Below are positions 13,001 to 28,500 of a stretch of DNA of 64,000 nucleotides, one piece after another. Within the stretch, counting starts at the first letter, position 1. Each line of letters starts with the position of its first letter. The DNA comes from Octopus bimaculoides (lineage: Eukaryota). A program made the position numbers and the translations under genes. The stretch spans positions 28,353 to 92,352 of the forward strand of contig NC_068994.1 in assembly GCF_001194135.2 (NCBI RefSeq), read 5' to 3'. The notes under the pieces were generated by a model. That model saw only the letters and a program-made list of their open reading frames with translations. It was not told the origin of the DNA and ran no database searches.

Positions 13001-15882
13001 GACTTGTGGCACATTGTCTGTAGACTTAATTCAAGTGTCTATCTTATAGCCACTTGGACATTTGAGGTGAGGATCTTTTCCATACTTATAACTGCCACTT
13101 TGACATTACACACTGTTGCAATCATCTTCAAACAGCTCTTAATTCATTTCCAATTGAAATGGAAACACTAATTGAAAAAGGCTTTGCAAGGGTGGAAAAC
13201 AAAAGAACTATTACAGCATTGTACTTAATTTTGTTCCCACGAACACTGCCCCAAACTGATAAAATTATTCTTAAAGAAATATATTTTTGGTTTATATATG
13301 GACACAGCTCAGCCTTTTAAACGAATTGATTCTGACCACAAAGAAAGACAATAGGCATATAGCATTTGCCAAATGGAAACTTAATTACAAATATAGAACA
13401 AGGAAAACATTGAATTATATCTCAAAATGTAAAGGCCTTACCAAGAAGACTTGGAGAAAATAGAGACAGCATCAAAAAGTGAAGAAAGATTTCAAAAGCT
13501 TTTGAGAAAGAGGACTTTCATATGTAGCCCTATGAAAATAGAACTTGGAACAAGTTTAATCGGATTAAATTCTGCCAACATATCTGGAGAGAAACTGGTA
13601 GTTGTTATCAAGTAAATGATTTGAAAGTAAGTAGTAAACATTGATAAATTATTTAATAGGGTTGTTGTGAAGAACTTTTTAGCTTCTGAGGCAGAAGTTT
13701 ATGCAGCACAAAATTTTAAGTATGAGGAAAAGTGATAAAATTTGTTTTGCTTGTTTCAAAGAAAGACACATATTAGTAAACAAAAAAGGTTTTGTTCTAT
13801 AGTAGAATCATTTTCTTTTCTAACATTTGTGCAATAGGTAATGATTTCTGTAATAGATAAAAAGAGGTCATTATTGGAGAAGTTACTATCAAGGACTTTC
13901 TGATTATTAACATCTTAATTGTTCATAAATTTTAGAGAAAATTGAAATTGACAAAGAATTTATTGTAATATTTTGAGATAGTCATTTTTTTTTTCTTGCA
14001 CTATTCATTGTTCCCTTCAGATTTATCATTGTTCTTATTTTAGGACATAAAATAAGAACAATAATAAATCTGAAGGGAAGAACTAATATATAGTGTGTGT
14101 TTATTTTGCAAGGCAGAAGAAAAAGTGACTATCCAGAAATATTACAATATCTGTTTCAATACATGATTTCACATCAGGAATCTTGCAAAGCAAATATACG
14201 TGACAATGAATATTTCTTAAGTGAAAAAGTACTGATAATTGAATAGAATATTACTTGACAATAATTTGATTTATTTTTGAATACTACAATTCTACTTGAT
14301 AATATTCTACATGCTTGTATTGTCCAATAAACAATAGTTGCTTTGTACATATTTTTCCTTTCTGCCAACTTGGAAGAGACTGCTTTCATATAAGAAGAAA
14401 ATATGTAATTATGTTAATATATTGGCAGAGTAACCCAAATCCACTTTAACACCCAACCCACACATTGTGGCTCATTACAGCATGCATGATATTTCTATTG
14501 GTCACACTTATATACACAAATATAATAGAGATTTGTACTCATCTAAGTACAAATACATAACTACACATCCTGAAATGCCTACACACATTTAAAACTTAAA
14601 CAGACATTCATATAAATAGTTATATCCACACTAGCAGAAATACCCAGGAAGGTGTGCCTATATGGTTGCTCAAACTATAAGAAATAGCAACCAAATCTAT
14701 CATATCACATCCTACTATCTTAACGAAAAAGGATACATGGGCTAAAAGAAATCCTACATATATTAACCTGGAAAAAATATGAAATGGTGATTACAGGAGC
14801 ATCTTTGGTCATGGGTCTAGTGAATCGGTCTGGTGACCTGAGTCGAGATAATGTCAAGTTTAATACTGACTACTATACTATATATATATTATATGAGGTC
14901 CTAACTATGCTATAGCGGAATCAAACTGTTCAAACTTAAGTCCCTTTGAACAGAACTAGAATGAATGACCAATCTCTTACCTCTCCACTTGCATTTTGAA
15001 GTAGATTCTGTGACCAGCCAACAATTTTGACTTCCTTTTTCAGTAAGGTATGTTGAATTGGTTTAAAAGATTCTACCAAGTACGAACTGTCTAGAAACAC
15101 CTGTTGTTTGGCTGGCAAGTGTTTCTTCAGAAGAGTGGGGTTAAAAAGGACAAAAGCACAGAGAGCTGTATCTTTGGAACATATTCTCAAGTGGTGGTCA
15201 GTTATTGTTACATATATGTCTGCTGTATGAGCATGACATCCAGGAGATATCTCATACTGTTGGTGAAACTGGGATTGAACCTGAAATAGCAAAACAAGAT
15301 CAGCATTTTAGTGGGTTCTGCTATTCTCTGTCAGATCTCAGTCCAAGGTGGAGCATTGTTGTTTTGAAGAGTTTAACTAAATATATCGATTCCAGTACTT
15401 TTTCTGGTACATTTTAAAATTTACATAAAGGAAATGTAATTATAAAGCAAGGGAACTTAACAATACAAAGATATGTTCAAAGCACTACCCTGTCACAGTC
15501 TGTTAAAGTCTGTCATACCGGCCATGATAAAATATCACAAGGTATAGAAAATACGTATTCGCCTTTATATATTTAATCCTTTATATTGAACACTCAATAT
15601 TTCATCTATTCAATAAGACATTCAATACTTTATTTCATTGTACCATCCATTTTTATATTATATATTGTATATTCCATATTCTATATCCCACATTAATTTT
15701 ACAAGAATATAAATAAAACATAAAAAACAGACAGAGTTGGAACTCTTTTAAACAAAATAATATATTCCTCTATACACAATCATACAAAACCCNNNNNNNN
15801 NNNNNNNNNNNNNNNNNNNNNNNNNNNNNNNNNNNNNNNNNNNNNNNNNNNNNNNNNNNNNNNNNNNNNNNNNNNNNNNNNN

Positions 15883-15917
<35 letters not shown>

Positions 15918-18900
15918 GTATATATTAATAATTATCGCCAAGCCAACATGGCAGTCCCAAATATAGGACGAATGCTGCCGTGGATTAGCTCCAAGAGGTC
16001 ATCGCCTCTAGCTAGCTATGTGACACACGAATTTGTGCCCTTTATAACCTTCGAACAGGGGAGGTCAGCAGCTGAGTTAGCATCCACCTCATCTATGGCT
16101 AGTTGTACATCTTCTTCACTTATGTCAATGTATTCCATCGTAATTGCCTCACTGGTTATAGGTGAGGCAGCAAAGAAGTCCACTGGTTCGCTCACTTGTC
16201 TGTGTTCCAACAGGATGGTAAAGACACTTTTGAACTGGTCATTCAGTACCTCATTGGAAGAGGGGTCTATCTTGCAGTGAACTGAGGCTGTTTCTTTCAC
16301 GTAATGAAAGAAGGCCTTTGGGTTTGACTTAATGTTTTTTATAACCCAGGCTTCTTTGTCTGCTCTCTCCCTCACATAGGATTGTTGCAGCCTTTTTTCA
16401 GTCTCCATCAGTGTTGTTTTTAGGCGGTACCTTTCACTACTTTTGGGATGTTGGTTGAGTCAATTTGCAACCTTCATTTGTCGTCTCATGAGGATCTTCC
16501 TCTCCCTTAGAATCTTGTTCATATTTGTTTTAGCCTTGTGCTCTGGGACATATTTCTGGCATATGGCTTGCATAACAGACATGAAACATTCTAGTTTCAT
16601 GCCAATGTCTGGTGTGGAGAAACACCCTAACCCTAACTCTTCTCACAAAACCCACATAACCCAAGAATGGATGTCAGGCTGTCTTTAAAGTCATGTAACA
16701 CCAAACTTGCAGCCTCCAAACTCACCAGATTTAAATTCCATAGACTACTATATTTGGATAATTGTTGGAATGCAGAGTAATCAAGATCCTCTCAATACTA
16801 TAGCTTCACTGAAAGCCACCATTGTCCAGGTGATGTCTGAAATGATTAAGGACATTTTTTATGACCCCCTTACACTCTGAGTTCAATTCCTGCCAAAGTC
16901 AACTTTGTCTTACATTCTTTCAGGGTTGATGAAATAAAACAGCAGTCAACAACAAGGGGTTGATGATGTAAACAGCTGTCCCCAGCTGCTAAATTCCAGA
17001 CCTTGTGAATATTTTTGATGATCTAAGAAATTAGGGAAACTAGCTTTTAGCTCATGAAGCATCTAGTGTTCTTAATAAATATATCATCCACATTTCAAAG
17101 ATATTGTGGGTTTTCTAATCATTTGTTAAAGTACATCATATGTTTCCATACATACACTAAATACCTTTAGTAGAGTAACAATTCTACTACCATCTATCTT
17201 GCAGAAATTGACCAATAGAATGTTTTAAGCTAAGTATTGGCTGCATTCAGTCTCAGCAGTGTGGGAGATCTTGCAAGATTTAAAGGTATACTCTCTCTGA
17301 CTATTTTATACTGAAAGAACATGACATGTGTAGGTAAACTGTGATGGTGATCATGAGATGAAGTTTATAAACATGATAGAAGGAGCATGACACTCATGAC
17401 CTTGCATCTTAAGTGGAAAGCAAATGACATTCATGATGTTGATGAGAAAAAGGCGGGTCACGATATCAGGGGTGATAATAATAATAATAATATTATAGCT
17501 GTTTCTTACCTTCTGTGAAATATTTTCTCCATTGACAGTTATCCGGCCACAATTGACTACTAGGCAGTGCAACCGAAGAATAAAGTTGCCATTAGAAACA
17601 TCATCAAACTGAAGAAGATGAAGGCCACAACATCAACGTTAATAATACTTGAGTGTCAAAATATAAGAGACTAGTTCACATCACACTTTGTTTTTTATTT
17701 AAAATACAATCATAATCATCATGTATGTCATATATGCATGTATTTGTATACTAAGAGAGTAAGACACAAAAGAAGATTATAAGAAAGAGAAAATGTACAA
17801 TTCCTTTTGTATTTGTAATCAATCAAATTATTACATATTCATTTCTAAAAAAAAGGATAAGCATCTTACTGTGCATATGTAATGACTGACTGCTAGCCTT
17901 CTATTAAAGTGTACCACATGTTCATTACAATGATTATCATATTTTAGAAGTGAATGTAGTAAAATCTGACTTCAAAACTCTGAACCTGATGGCAAAGAGG
18001 ACAAAGGACTGTGATCTCTGGTGATATCAGATTCTCTAAAAGAGCTGCCTTCACCAGTGAAGCTGAGTTCTGGAACTATTACTTATTACATTTTTTGACC
18101 TGTATTACTGTGACCCTCCCACTGGCTCTTGCAGACTACTAACCCTACTCTCTTGTCCTCCTGCAGACAACTGTATCATCTTTACTACTCCTGTTGCTCA
18201 TCCTTCTCTCTCTCTCTCTCTCCTGACTCATGGATCTTTGCTCATCGACCCTTCAACCCTATCTCTGTTCTGGCAGTCTGCTTCCCCATCCCCTCATTCT
18301 CCTTCCTGTGCAATCGTACAAACAGATTTTTCAACTCACCTCATGCCTTGTGGAACAGTCTAGAAATTTCATCGTCATTATCTATTTCTTGCAGCTTATA
18401 CTGTTCATTTTCTCTTTCTCTCTCTCCTTCCCTTAATACATATGAATAACAATGCAGATCCTTTACAAAAACTTGCACTGCTTCCCACTTTTCATAGTTC
18501 AATTTCCTTGTCTGTTATCATGAAACTGACTCGACCCCCCTCCAGGCTTTGTAGTCCTGTTAAACTGCATGGCAACCTCAAAATAGTACAGGTGGCACAT
18601 AAAAGGCACCCAATCTATGTTGTAAAGTGGTTGGCATTAGTAAGGGCATTCAGCCATAGAAACCATGCCCAAACAAAAAACACTGGTACATAATGCAGTC
18701 CTTGGACACATTAGATCCTATCAAATTGTCCAACTTGTGCCAACATGGACATTAATTTATGATATCCAAAGGAATTATGCAGTTACTTTTCCTGTATCTA
18801 AAAAGTGATATGGAATATTTTTAACTGCTTGTTATAGAGTTTGGCATCTAAATAACAATTATTTTCAAGATAAAAAAAACCTTTTATACTCAACATTATA

Positions 18901-19506
18901 CACATATGTGCATGTGTGTATTTAATTAAGGTTATTTTAAAGCATGTTAAAGAATAACAACAGGACATTTATTGACAGTGTATTCAATACTGAGAGTAAA
19001 GCCAAATTTACATCAAAATTTGTGTATTTGGGATTAAAAATGATGCCAGAAATTCAACATTCTGGTGAAACTTTAAGGCCCCCCACACTTTGTACAATAC
19101 TTTGTTCTAACCTGCCATCTTAATTGCAGTTATTTGAGAGATGTATCCCTGACTTTCTGTCCAACTTTTAAGGCCTTCTTTTTTGTTTGGCCTATCTCCT
19201 TGAATTCCCTTAATAATTGACAGCCCTCTCCTCATAAAATCAATCACTCAATAACATTTCCTTAATTTCAGACACAGGATAGGAACAATGAATGAGATCA
19301 ATGAACTGATTGCTTAAATTTTGGCTATATGTATCTTACATGTATGTTAATGTCACAAGAAAAAGCACCATTTACACTTGTGAAGCAGTTGGCAGAAGGA
19401 AGGACAGCCTGCTGTGGGTTGCATGGCTAAGAAGACACCACTGCAGCAGTTCTGCATTGCTCTGTATGAAAAGTATCAAGTAATCCTTCAGTTTACTGTC
19501 AAATCG

Positions 19507-19561
<55 letters not shown>

Positions 19562-22500
19562 GGTGGGCCAAAAGTAATGAAAAGTTATGAAATTTTGATT
19601 ATTTTTCTTGTGATTTAGATGTGAAAAATCACAGATAAATTAAATATATTGTAAATGATGCTAGGCTATTGGAAATTTAAAACAAAAAATTAGGAACTTA
19701 TTAAATATTGAAACATCTTTGTGACTTTTAGCCCATACTGTATAAACTGATATATATATATATCAAACTTAGAGACTATATATATATGTGGATATGCATT
19801 GGGTCCAAGAGGCATCCCAAATAAGAGAGATGTTTGCGCTGGTATGGTAATGTGATGCATATGGATGAGGACAAGCTACATAAAGAAGGGCTGATTTCTA
19901 ACTGTGGAGGGAACTTGTGGAAGAGGTAGGCCCAGGAAGACATGGAACGAGGTGGTGAAGCATGAATTTTGAATATGGGGTCTCACAGAAGTGATGAGAA
20001 GTGATCATGACCTTTGGCAATTTGCTTGAGAAGACTTGTCAAGCCAAATGAAATTGTAGTTGTGGTCAGAGCCAGTGACATATAACTGTATCCATGCTGG
20101 TGACACATAAAAGCACCCGGTAACACAGAGACACCCACTACACTCTCAGACTGATTGATATTAGGAAAAGCATCCAACCATAGAAACCAAGCCAAAATAA
20201 GACTGGAACCTGGTGCAGCTCTCTGGCTTACCAGTTCAGCCAAACAGTCTAACCCATGCTAGCATGGAAAGCAGACATTAAATTATGATTATGATTATGA
20301 TGATGATGATATATATATGTATATACACACACATACTGTATATATGACATCTTGTTCCTCAGCAGCCTCAACATCAGGGCTTCGAGATGTAAGATACAGA
20401 AAGTTATCTTCAGTTCCAGTGATTTGTTGTGTGACTGAAACATTTGCTTTGATACCTCCAAGACATTTCCATCGGCTTCCTGAAAATATCAAAGACATGA
20501 AAACATTTTTATGGATGATATTGAGCATTATTTGATAAGAATAAGAACAACAAAGTAGAAGAAAGGAACTGAGTACCATTGGAATGTTCTAATAAATAAG
20601 TAATTCTGTATGCACCAAGTTATTCTTTGCCTCCCTTGTATACACTCTCACAAGCAGACATAGATTTTAGGCAAAAAAAAAAGAAAAAAAAAAAGAAACA
20701 TTATACAGCTTGCAAGTAATATACATATTATAAATGATTTAGACACTGCAATAGAAGATACCTTATGTAATCTCCTGAAAGCAACAGAAGCTCAACAGTA
20801 TAATTGGTAACATTTAAATGTCTTAACAGCTAATTCACTTTTCAACGCAATAAACACTCAACTGTTATTAACTACCATACGTATATATTTCATTATCATC
20901 ATTTAATCTGTGTTTTCCATGATGCATGAGCTGGAGAGTTTGACAGGATCTGATGAGCCACAAGACAGTGTTGCATGCCAATGTCAGCTTTGGCATGATT
21001 TTTATGGCTAGATGCCTTTCCTAATGCCAGTCACTTGTATACTGGCTGCTTTTTTTGTCACACCAGCATTAGTGAGGTCACCAAGTAACTTACAAGATGA
21101 GTAGAAGGAAAAAAAATCCACTTGACTGAATGGAGGATGTATTTGAGAGAGGGGGAAGTAGCTTTATGCTAAATATGATAGAAAGACAAGCACTGGTGTC
21201 TTGATACAAAAGCGATACATGTCTACCCTATATCATATAAGAGTAAATAGCAACATCTGGAAAGGAGATAGAAATGGTGGTGATGAGTTGGTAGAGCATC
21301 TCACGATGCAAGAAGGTGAGGATATGAGAGAATACAATAGATCAGCAGCTGGGGATCAGTGGGTAATTTCATAAGAACATCAGAGGAGGATAACATACTT
21401 AGAAGTGAATGTATTGAGTGATTAACAAAGATGGAAATATGATTGATAAGAAATATCAGTATGGAGGGGGTAAGGTGGGGGTGAGAGAGATAGAAGTGGT
21501 TCAGGAAGTAAGATAGATGAGAAAGTTGGGGAATGATGGGCAAGGTGATGTATAGTGACAGAGATGTACAGGTCAGAGGTACATAAGGATGGCAATGGGG
21601 ATGGGGGTGGGGCATTGCTGGCAGACAGGAATGGTGATAAAGACAAGGTATGTTAGGTGTTAGATGTTGCTCAGAGAATAGGGAGAGATAACTAAAGGCA
21701 TGAAAAGTGGGTTTCTGGTGAAAAACCATGTGAAAAGGGATAAGAATGAGACAGAGTTGTTAATAGGTAGTAATTTCAGGTGTGGAGGGAGACAATTGGT
21801 TGCTCAAAAATGTGGGGGTGATGTACCAATTCTGCTCTCAAGTGATTACAGCTGCTAAGCAATGCTATACTTACAAGAGTGATGCAGACAATGTCAAGTG
21901 GACAATGCATGATAGAGCAGATAGAGTACAGTCCAGCATGTATAGATATTTTCTCTGTGATAGATGGGTCTTCTTCAGTACATGAAATCACCAAGCATCT
22001 TGGTTCTTTTTCACCTCCTCCTTGAAACTCAGCATCTTGAAATCAGTCTTGACTACTTTGTCCTGTGTCTTCTTGAGTCTATCTTTTGCACAAGTTCCAT
22101 CTGCTTTCACCAATCAGCACTTTCTAATCCTTACACATCTCATCGTCAAACCACTGCTTCATTCTTGTATGCTACATCTGATTCCACCTAAATTTTTTCT
22201 CAGCACATTTACTCTTTGTCATAAATACGCATAACATTACACATCTAACAGAGCATACTAGCTTCATTTCACTCTAATCAAGGCAAGTCTTGCCGCATCT
22301 CACTCCCATTTGGCATTTATGTTTGTACACAAGCATCATACAATCAGCCATTTCTTCTCTGGCAGAGATTTTTTTTGTTGTCAACAGAGGTGATAGCTCT
22401 CCCAATTTACTCCATCCTATTGTTAACCTTGCAACTCTACTTTCAGAACATCTTCATCCACTGCTAAATAAGTCAACCATCTACTACCATTGGAGAGCCT

Positions 22501-25500
22501 CCAGGACATTCAAGAAAATCTATTTCTCTGTTAACTTCCCTTTTATTCCACCACACCTATTGTTTGTCCATCACTTGCACTGGATATACTGTCTGGAGTT
22601 CCTGCCTACATATCTAGCATTTACCTGTTTGGAATAGTGTACTTTTTGTTTTGCTCTTTATTAGAACTTTAATCTTTGTAAGGTAATTTCAAGACTCTTT
22701 GATTCTAGGTTTCGCTTCCATGTCTGGAATTCCTTTTCTACAGATGCTATTATGTGTATGAGGTCATCAACATATAGTAGTTCGCAAAAGCATCTGACTT
22801 TGAATTCGTCTTCTATGACCTAGAGGGCTCTGATGAATAGGAAGGGACTAAGAACCAAGCTCTGATGGACTGCTTGTACTCTAAATTTGTCACTATTTAT
22901 TACTAATTCTTACTACAGTAAATAGCTCTCGCAAGCTATTCACCTACCCAGGATTCCTCAGAGACCACAAATCACAGAGTGGTGGACTCTGTCTAAAACT
23001 TTCTCCAGATCACCAATAACCAAGTACAGTGGTTTACATTTAGCTAAGTACTTTTGCTTGCATTTCTCTGACTACAAAAATGATATCAGTAGTGCTTCTC
23101 TTTAGCACGAAACCATGCTATATCTCATCTAGTTTAATTTTGTTCCTAATTTTTTGAGCTATAACTAATTCAGTATCTTCTATGTCCTTGTCCCATAATT
23201 TGATACTTTTGTAATTACTTTTATCTAATGCATCTCCTTTAATCTTGTAACAGCTAACTGTACCAGTCATCGGGTGTAGTACCTTCCTGTACAACTTGAT
23301 AAACTATTCAAGTGACTAGGCTATATTCTACTTCACCAGATACTTTAAGCATCTCAGCAGTGATTCTTGATTGACCACAGGTTTCCCTGCCCTCATAGGA
23401 TAGCTGGTCCCATGTTGGGAAATTCTTTTTTTCTCTTATGCTTTTTTTCTGATGAATAGCTTTCCACACTTGCACTTCCATGCTTCTTTCTTATCAGCAT
23501 TGCTAAATACAAGTACACCATTAACCACCTATACACACCTCTTTTCCACAAAATCTTTATTTTCTCTGATCAACTGTCTTGTCATCCAGAACATTTCATG
23601 TTGTAGAATAGTTTTTTGCTTCACCATTGCTATGTAAACGTTTTGCCTAGCTTCTCTTCTGACTACCTGATATAATTTTCAGTCTTTCCAAGACAATCTC
23701 TTTGCTTTTATATCTCCGTCTACCTCACTGATGACCCTTTGTTCTGGCCACATGACTCCTCTTTTGGCCAGGACTTTGCACCAGCCACAGATTTAGTCTG
23801 TAGTTTGTCCTGTAGGAACTCCCAGTTGTCCTCTATGCTATATACCCCTAACACCACCTTAAATTGCTTAAACAACAGTTAGAAATAATAGTTCACTGTC
23901 CTTCAGACTATATTATACTGCTCAAATAAAGAAAGTATACTTTAGATAATGTGGCCCAAGATATATCTGAATATAAGTGAGAATGGTCATAGATCTTAGT
24001 TTTGTTGGAGGAGAGCTAATTTGAGACTAAACAACATTGACTTACCGAATACATAGGAATAAGAGTAGTTGGCAAACTGAGAGTGTTCGCTTACATAAAC
24101 AACATTGTCAACCAGTGATTGGTAAGAAGGTCCTCCACAGTTAATGGCAACAACCACTCCAATTGGTTGTTTGATCAACTGACATGGTGAGCCCTGAAGT
24201 TCAATTTCTACAGAGAAAAGAAATAAATAAATTTTCCAGTAAACGTTCCTCAATATAATTTCAATAATGTCATTCTGTGTGTATTTTTAATAATGTCTAC
24301 CTTGCTAAAAATTTCTACGTCCCTTCCAGTAAATATCCAATAATGTTGCATCATATGCCAAGGGAATTCATTAATTATCCACTCTAAACTTTTATAAATC
24401 AAAACCAGAATGTGTCACCTTTGTAACCGAAGTGATTTAAATGTTGCCAACATTTCAAGACAACTTTATTTGTACAAATCTGTGATTTAATTTGGGACCC
24501 ATTTTTTCCAACCTTAACTAAAGATAAATCCATTTTGGATAACTTCATTGGCTGAACAGCAACTAAATTGAAGTTCAAACTTACACCATAGTGAATAGAA
24601 GTGGCTGATGATCCAACGGAACCTCACCTGACTATAAATGACTCATGGTGATCAACAAAGATTGATCCAACAAGACTTGAGCTCAGGCTGTAAAAATGGG
24701 ATCAATGTATCAAAATTGACATCTTCCAAAATAACTGTTTATAGCATAGGCACAAAGCTTACAGGTTAGAAGCAGTCAGTTACTTCAATCTCATACTTGA
24801 CTAGTATTTTGTTCTTGTTGACCCATTTCTAAGTCAATGAAAATAAAAGGATGAAATAGAGAAGGCAAAGGTGATAATGTGGTTTAAATTCAGAATGCAA
24901 AGAGCTGGAAGAAACAATGTAACATATTTTGTTCAATGCTCAAATGATTCTGCCAATCCAACATTCTTAGCGAGATTTGAATAATGGTAATCTCTAGTAC
25001 AAGAAGTAAGAATATTTATCAAGAATGTTTGCATACAGTTTGGAATGAATGAGTTGCTCAGTGAAAAGGATATAAGGTTATAGAAAGAGAAATTGTACAA
25101 GTGTAAGGTAAGGAAGATGCTTGAAACAAAGTTAAATGGAGGGAATGCTTCTTGCTAATTAACAAGCAATAACTTTTGAATAATAATAATAATAATAATA
25201 GTAATGATAATGATAATAATAATAATACTTGAAGGAAGCGGCCTTTAAACAAAAATAATCCTAAAAACGAACTTTTACTGCCATACAAAGCATAGTTTAT
25301 TCTATGCATGATGTCTCAGTGAAACGTGTGAAAGACAACATCAGAAAGTTTACAAATTCTAAAAAATAAGTGGAACAAAACGGTAAGTGTATAAATTGAC
25401 TAATTACACATACACTCAAATGTCTACACAATCATATATACATTTTAATACCCATTGGACTACACATACATCCCAATGTTTATACAACTATGTGAAATTT

Positions 25501-28500
25501 ACAGGACACATACTCGATATGAAAACACGTCACAAATGGAAGCAAAAAAAAAAACAAAGCAATTAAAAAAATTTTGAACTAACACAGACAGAGTGAACAA
25601 TTCATGAGTCTACAAATACCATGCCTGGAGAGTCTACAAATACCATGCCTGGAGATAAATCTATCAACAAAAAAATTACAGATTTGTTAGTCTTAAGTAG
25701 CTATGCTACAAGCAATGCTTTCATTCAGAGAACTTGGAGGCTGTATTGTCTCAAAAAATTAACCCTAAACAGACAGATCTATACTCTAATGTCAACATCC
25801 AAGCTCGTTATGCTTCAATGATGAAGCAAAATACAAACCAGATCAATGTCACCCAGATCACCAAGGGCTGCGTCTCTGAGTGAGGAACCAGATTAGGTAC
25901 GAAAACTCAGCTACTGGTTCAAATCTTCCTGAAACACAGGAGCTGGAAGTACCTCACAACCAGAATATTCCAACAGATGGCCATCTATGCTCGTCATCAA
26001 ATAACCAAAAGAAAAAGATTGAAAATGGTCTAAGGGAGATAATAAAGAAGTTCTTAAGGTCTTTTATCATGCCATGTATTTCCCCACAAATAAATCTAAT
26101 ACTGTACAAACCTACTTAAACCGGAGATAGAAACACTCCACATAGTAACAAACTTGCCAACGTCAGAAGAAACATTATGAAAAAGAAATTACTGACTGAA
26201 TTAGAGATTGACCAAATTAAACAATCAGTAAGGGATAAAAGGAATTCAGTTGCAGCTTAAGAAGATATGACTGAGGAAATAATCATAGACCAGCCAATTG
26301 ACCCAACTGAACTACATAATCTAAAAAAATTAAATCATGATTGAATGGCTGAAAATTAAAGAAATCAGTATGAATGAACGTAACACTCTCCTAAAAATGT
26401 GCAATTCTAACCAAAACCTGAAAGTAATTGGTAAAATCCACCTTGCACTTAAGGATATAATTTCAGCTAATGATGTTGATATTACAGATCTCAACCACCT
26501 GTATTATGCATCTGCGAAAATCTCAATGATTCTATGTGGTGAGAAGATTAGAAAATGACAACATTCCCCCAAAAAAGCCTACTTGGCAAGAGCGTATTCA
26601 GCACCAAATTCAGCCACTTAGGTCTGACATAGAATGTTTAAGAAACCTTAAGTTTGACAAGACTATCAAACCAACAAAAGTCCGAAAATTTGATACCATC
26701 ATAGAAACTATCAAGCAAAAAGTTATGTGCTAAAGCTGGCTGCATAGCAAGGTATGAAAAGTGCGTTAGATTCTTCAAGGACAACAACATGTTCAAAAGT
26801 AGCTCAAAAACTTTTTACAGGAAGATAAGGAAAATACGAGTTACAGTAAAGTCTGTCCCATCAAAAGAAGAAGTGCAGGAATTTTGGAATAAAATTTGGG
26901 CAGAAGAAAAAAAGGCACAACGAAAAGGCCCCTTGGATTGATGGAATATCTACACACTTAGACTCCTTTGAAGAGCAAAAGTGGGAGGGTATCAAGGCAG
27001 AGTATGTAAGATCTGCTCTCAGGAAGTCAAGCAAATGGAAGTCTCCAGGCAAGGATAAAATTCCTAACTTCTGGTTGAATGCCTTCCCAGAGAGCCATGA
27101 ACTGATAACAAAAATTTACAACAATGTTTTTGCAACAACTTAGTATGCTTCTCTCTTGGCTACTTAATAGTGTTACATTCCTACTTCCAAAAAATGAAGA
27201 AACAAATGAACCCAAAAATTATAGACCCATAACCTGCTTAACAACAATGTATAAAATACTAACATCTGTCTTGACTGAATATATCTATAGTTTTTTAATA
27301 GAAAGTGGCATATTCCCTAATGAGCAAAGAGGATGTAAATGTGGGTCCTATAGTTGTAAAGATCAGCTACCCATCAATAAGATAATCTTGGAAGATTGTC
27401 ACAAAATCTTGTCGATAGCCTGGATAGACTATAAAAAAGCTTTTGATAGTATACCACATAGCTGGATTAAGAAATGTCTGGAAATGTATAAAATAGCACC
27501 TACTCTGCGAAACTCCCTGTCTGTAAGTATGTGATCATAGAGAACCACAATGATTTTGAACAGTGACAATGGCTCTCTCAATGCTGGAGATGTAAGAATT
27601 TCCTGTGGCATTTTCCAGGGTGACTCTCTATTACCACTCCTCTTTTGTCTAGCCTTAATACCTCTCTCAAAATTGCTCAATGATGTACAATATGGCTATA
27701 AAATGTTCAATAAAAATATAAATTATCTCATTTACACAGATGAATTAAGGCTCTTTGCAAAAATGACCAACAACTACAGGGCTAGCTAGTGATTGCTAAA
27801 CAATTCAGTGATGACATCAGGATGCAATTTGGCCTCGATAAATGTGCAAAAGCTACCTTTATCGAAGTAAAAATGACAGAAACATCCAACGTTAATCTTG
27901 ACCAGCAGAATGTCATAAAGGAGTTTGAACCAGTGGAGAGCTACAAATACCTAGGGGTATTTGAAGGTGATGGAATCAAACATTTAATGTTGAGGGAAAG
28001 GATCAGAAGAGAATGATATAGCAGGGTAAGGGCAATACTCAAGACAGAACTGAATGCAAGAAACAGGATTGAAGTGATCAATACTTTAGCCAGACCAGTC
28101 GTGACTTACAGTTTCAATATCGTTAACTGGTCAATTACTGAAATATGTAATCTTGACAGAAAAATTATGAAAATTGTTGACAATGCATAGAATTCACCAC
28201 CCTAAGGCAGATATAGAATGACTTTACCTGCCAAGAAAAGAGGGTGGTTGTGGACTTTTACAACTGGCATTAACAACGAAGATTGCCACAATTGGCTTAG
28301 ACACCTACCTGAAGAACTCTGAGGATTGGATGTTAAAACCTGTCTCAAAGCATGAAAACAAGAAAGCATCTTACTCAGTAACAAAACAGGAAAAGAAATA
28401 TCTGAGTGAATTCCAAATACAACAAATCCCAGAATTGGATGTACTGGAAACAAGCACAGTAGGAGCTAAGTGTATGAAAACCTGTGCTAAAACTGCTGCC

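Noticed and set aside
12850-14400. Coding-like, stop-riddled stretch in the FBA region intron
   Set aside because: No recognisable motif or termini; cannot be assigned without a search.
25607-25655. Short tandem duplications (24 bp here; about 28 bp near 36622-36685)
   Set aside because: Only two copies with no spacers, inside decayed transposons; slippage, not CRISPR.
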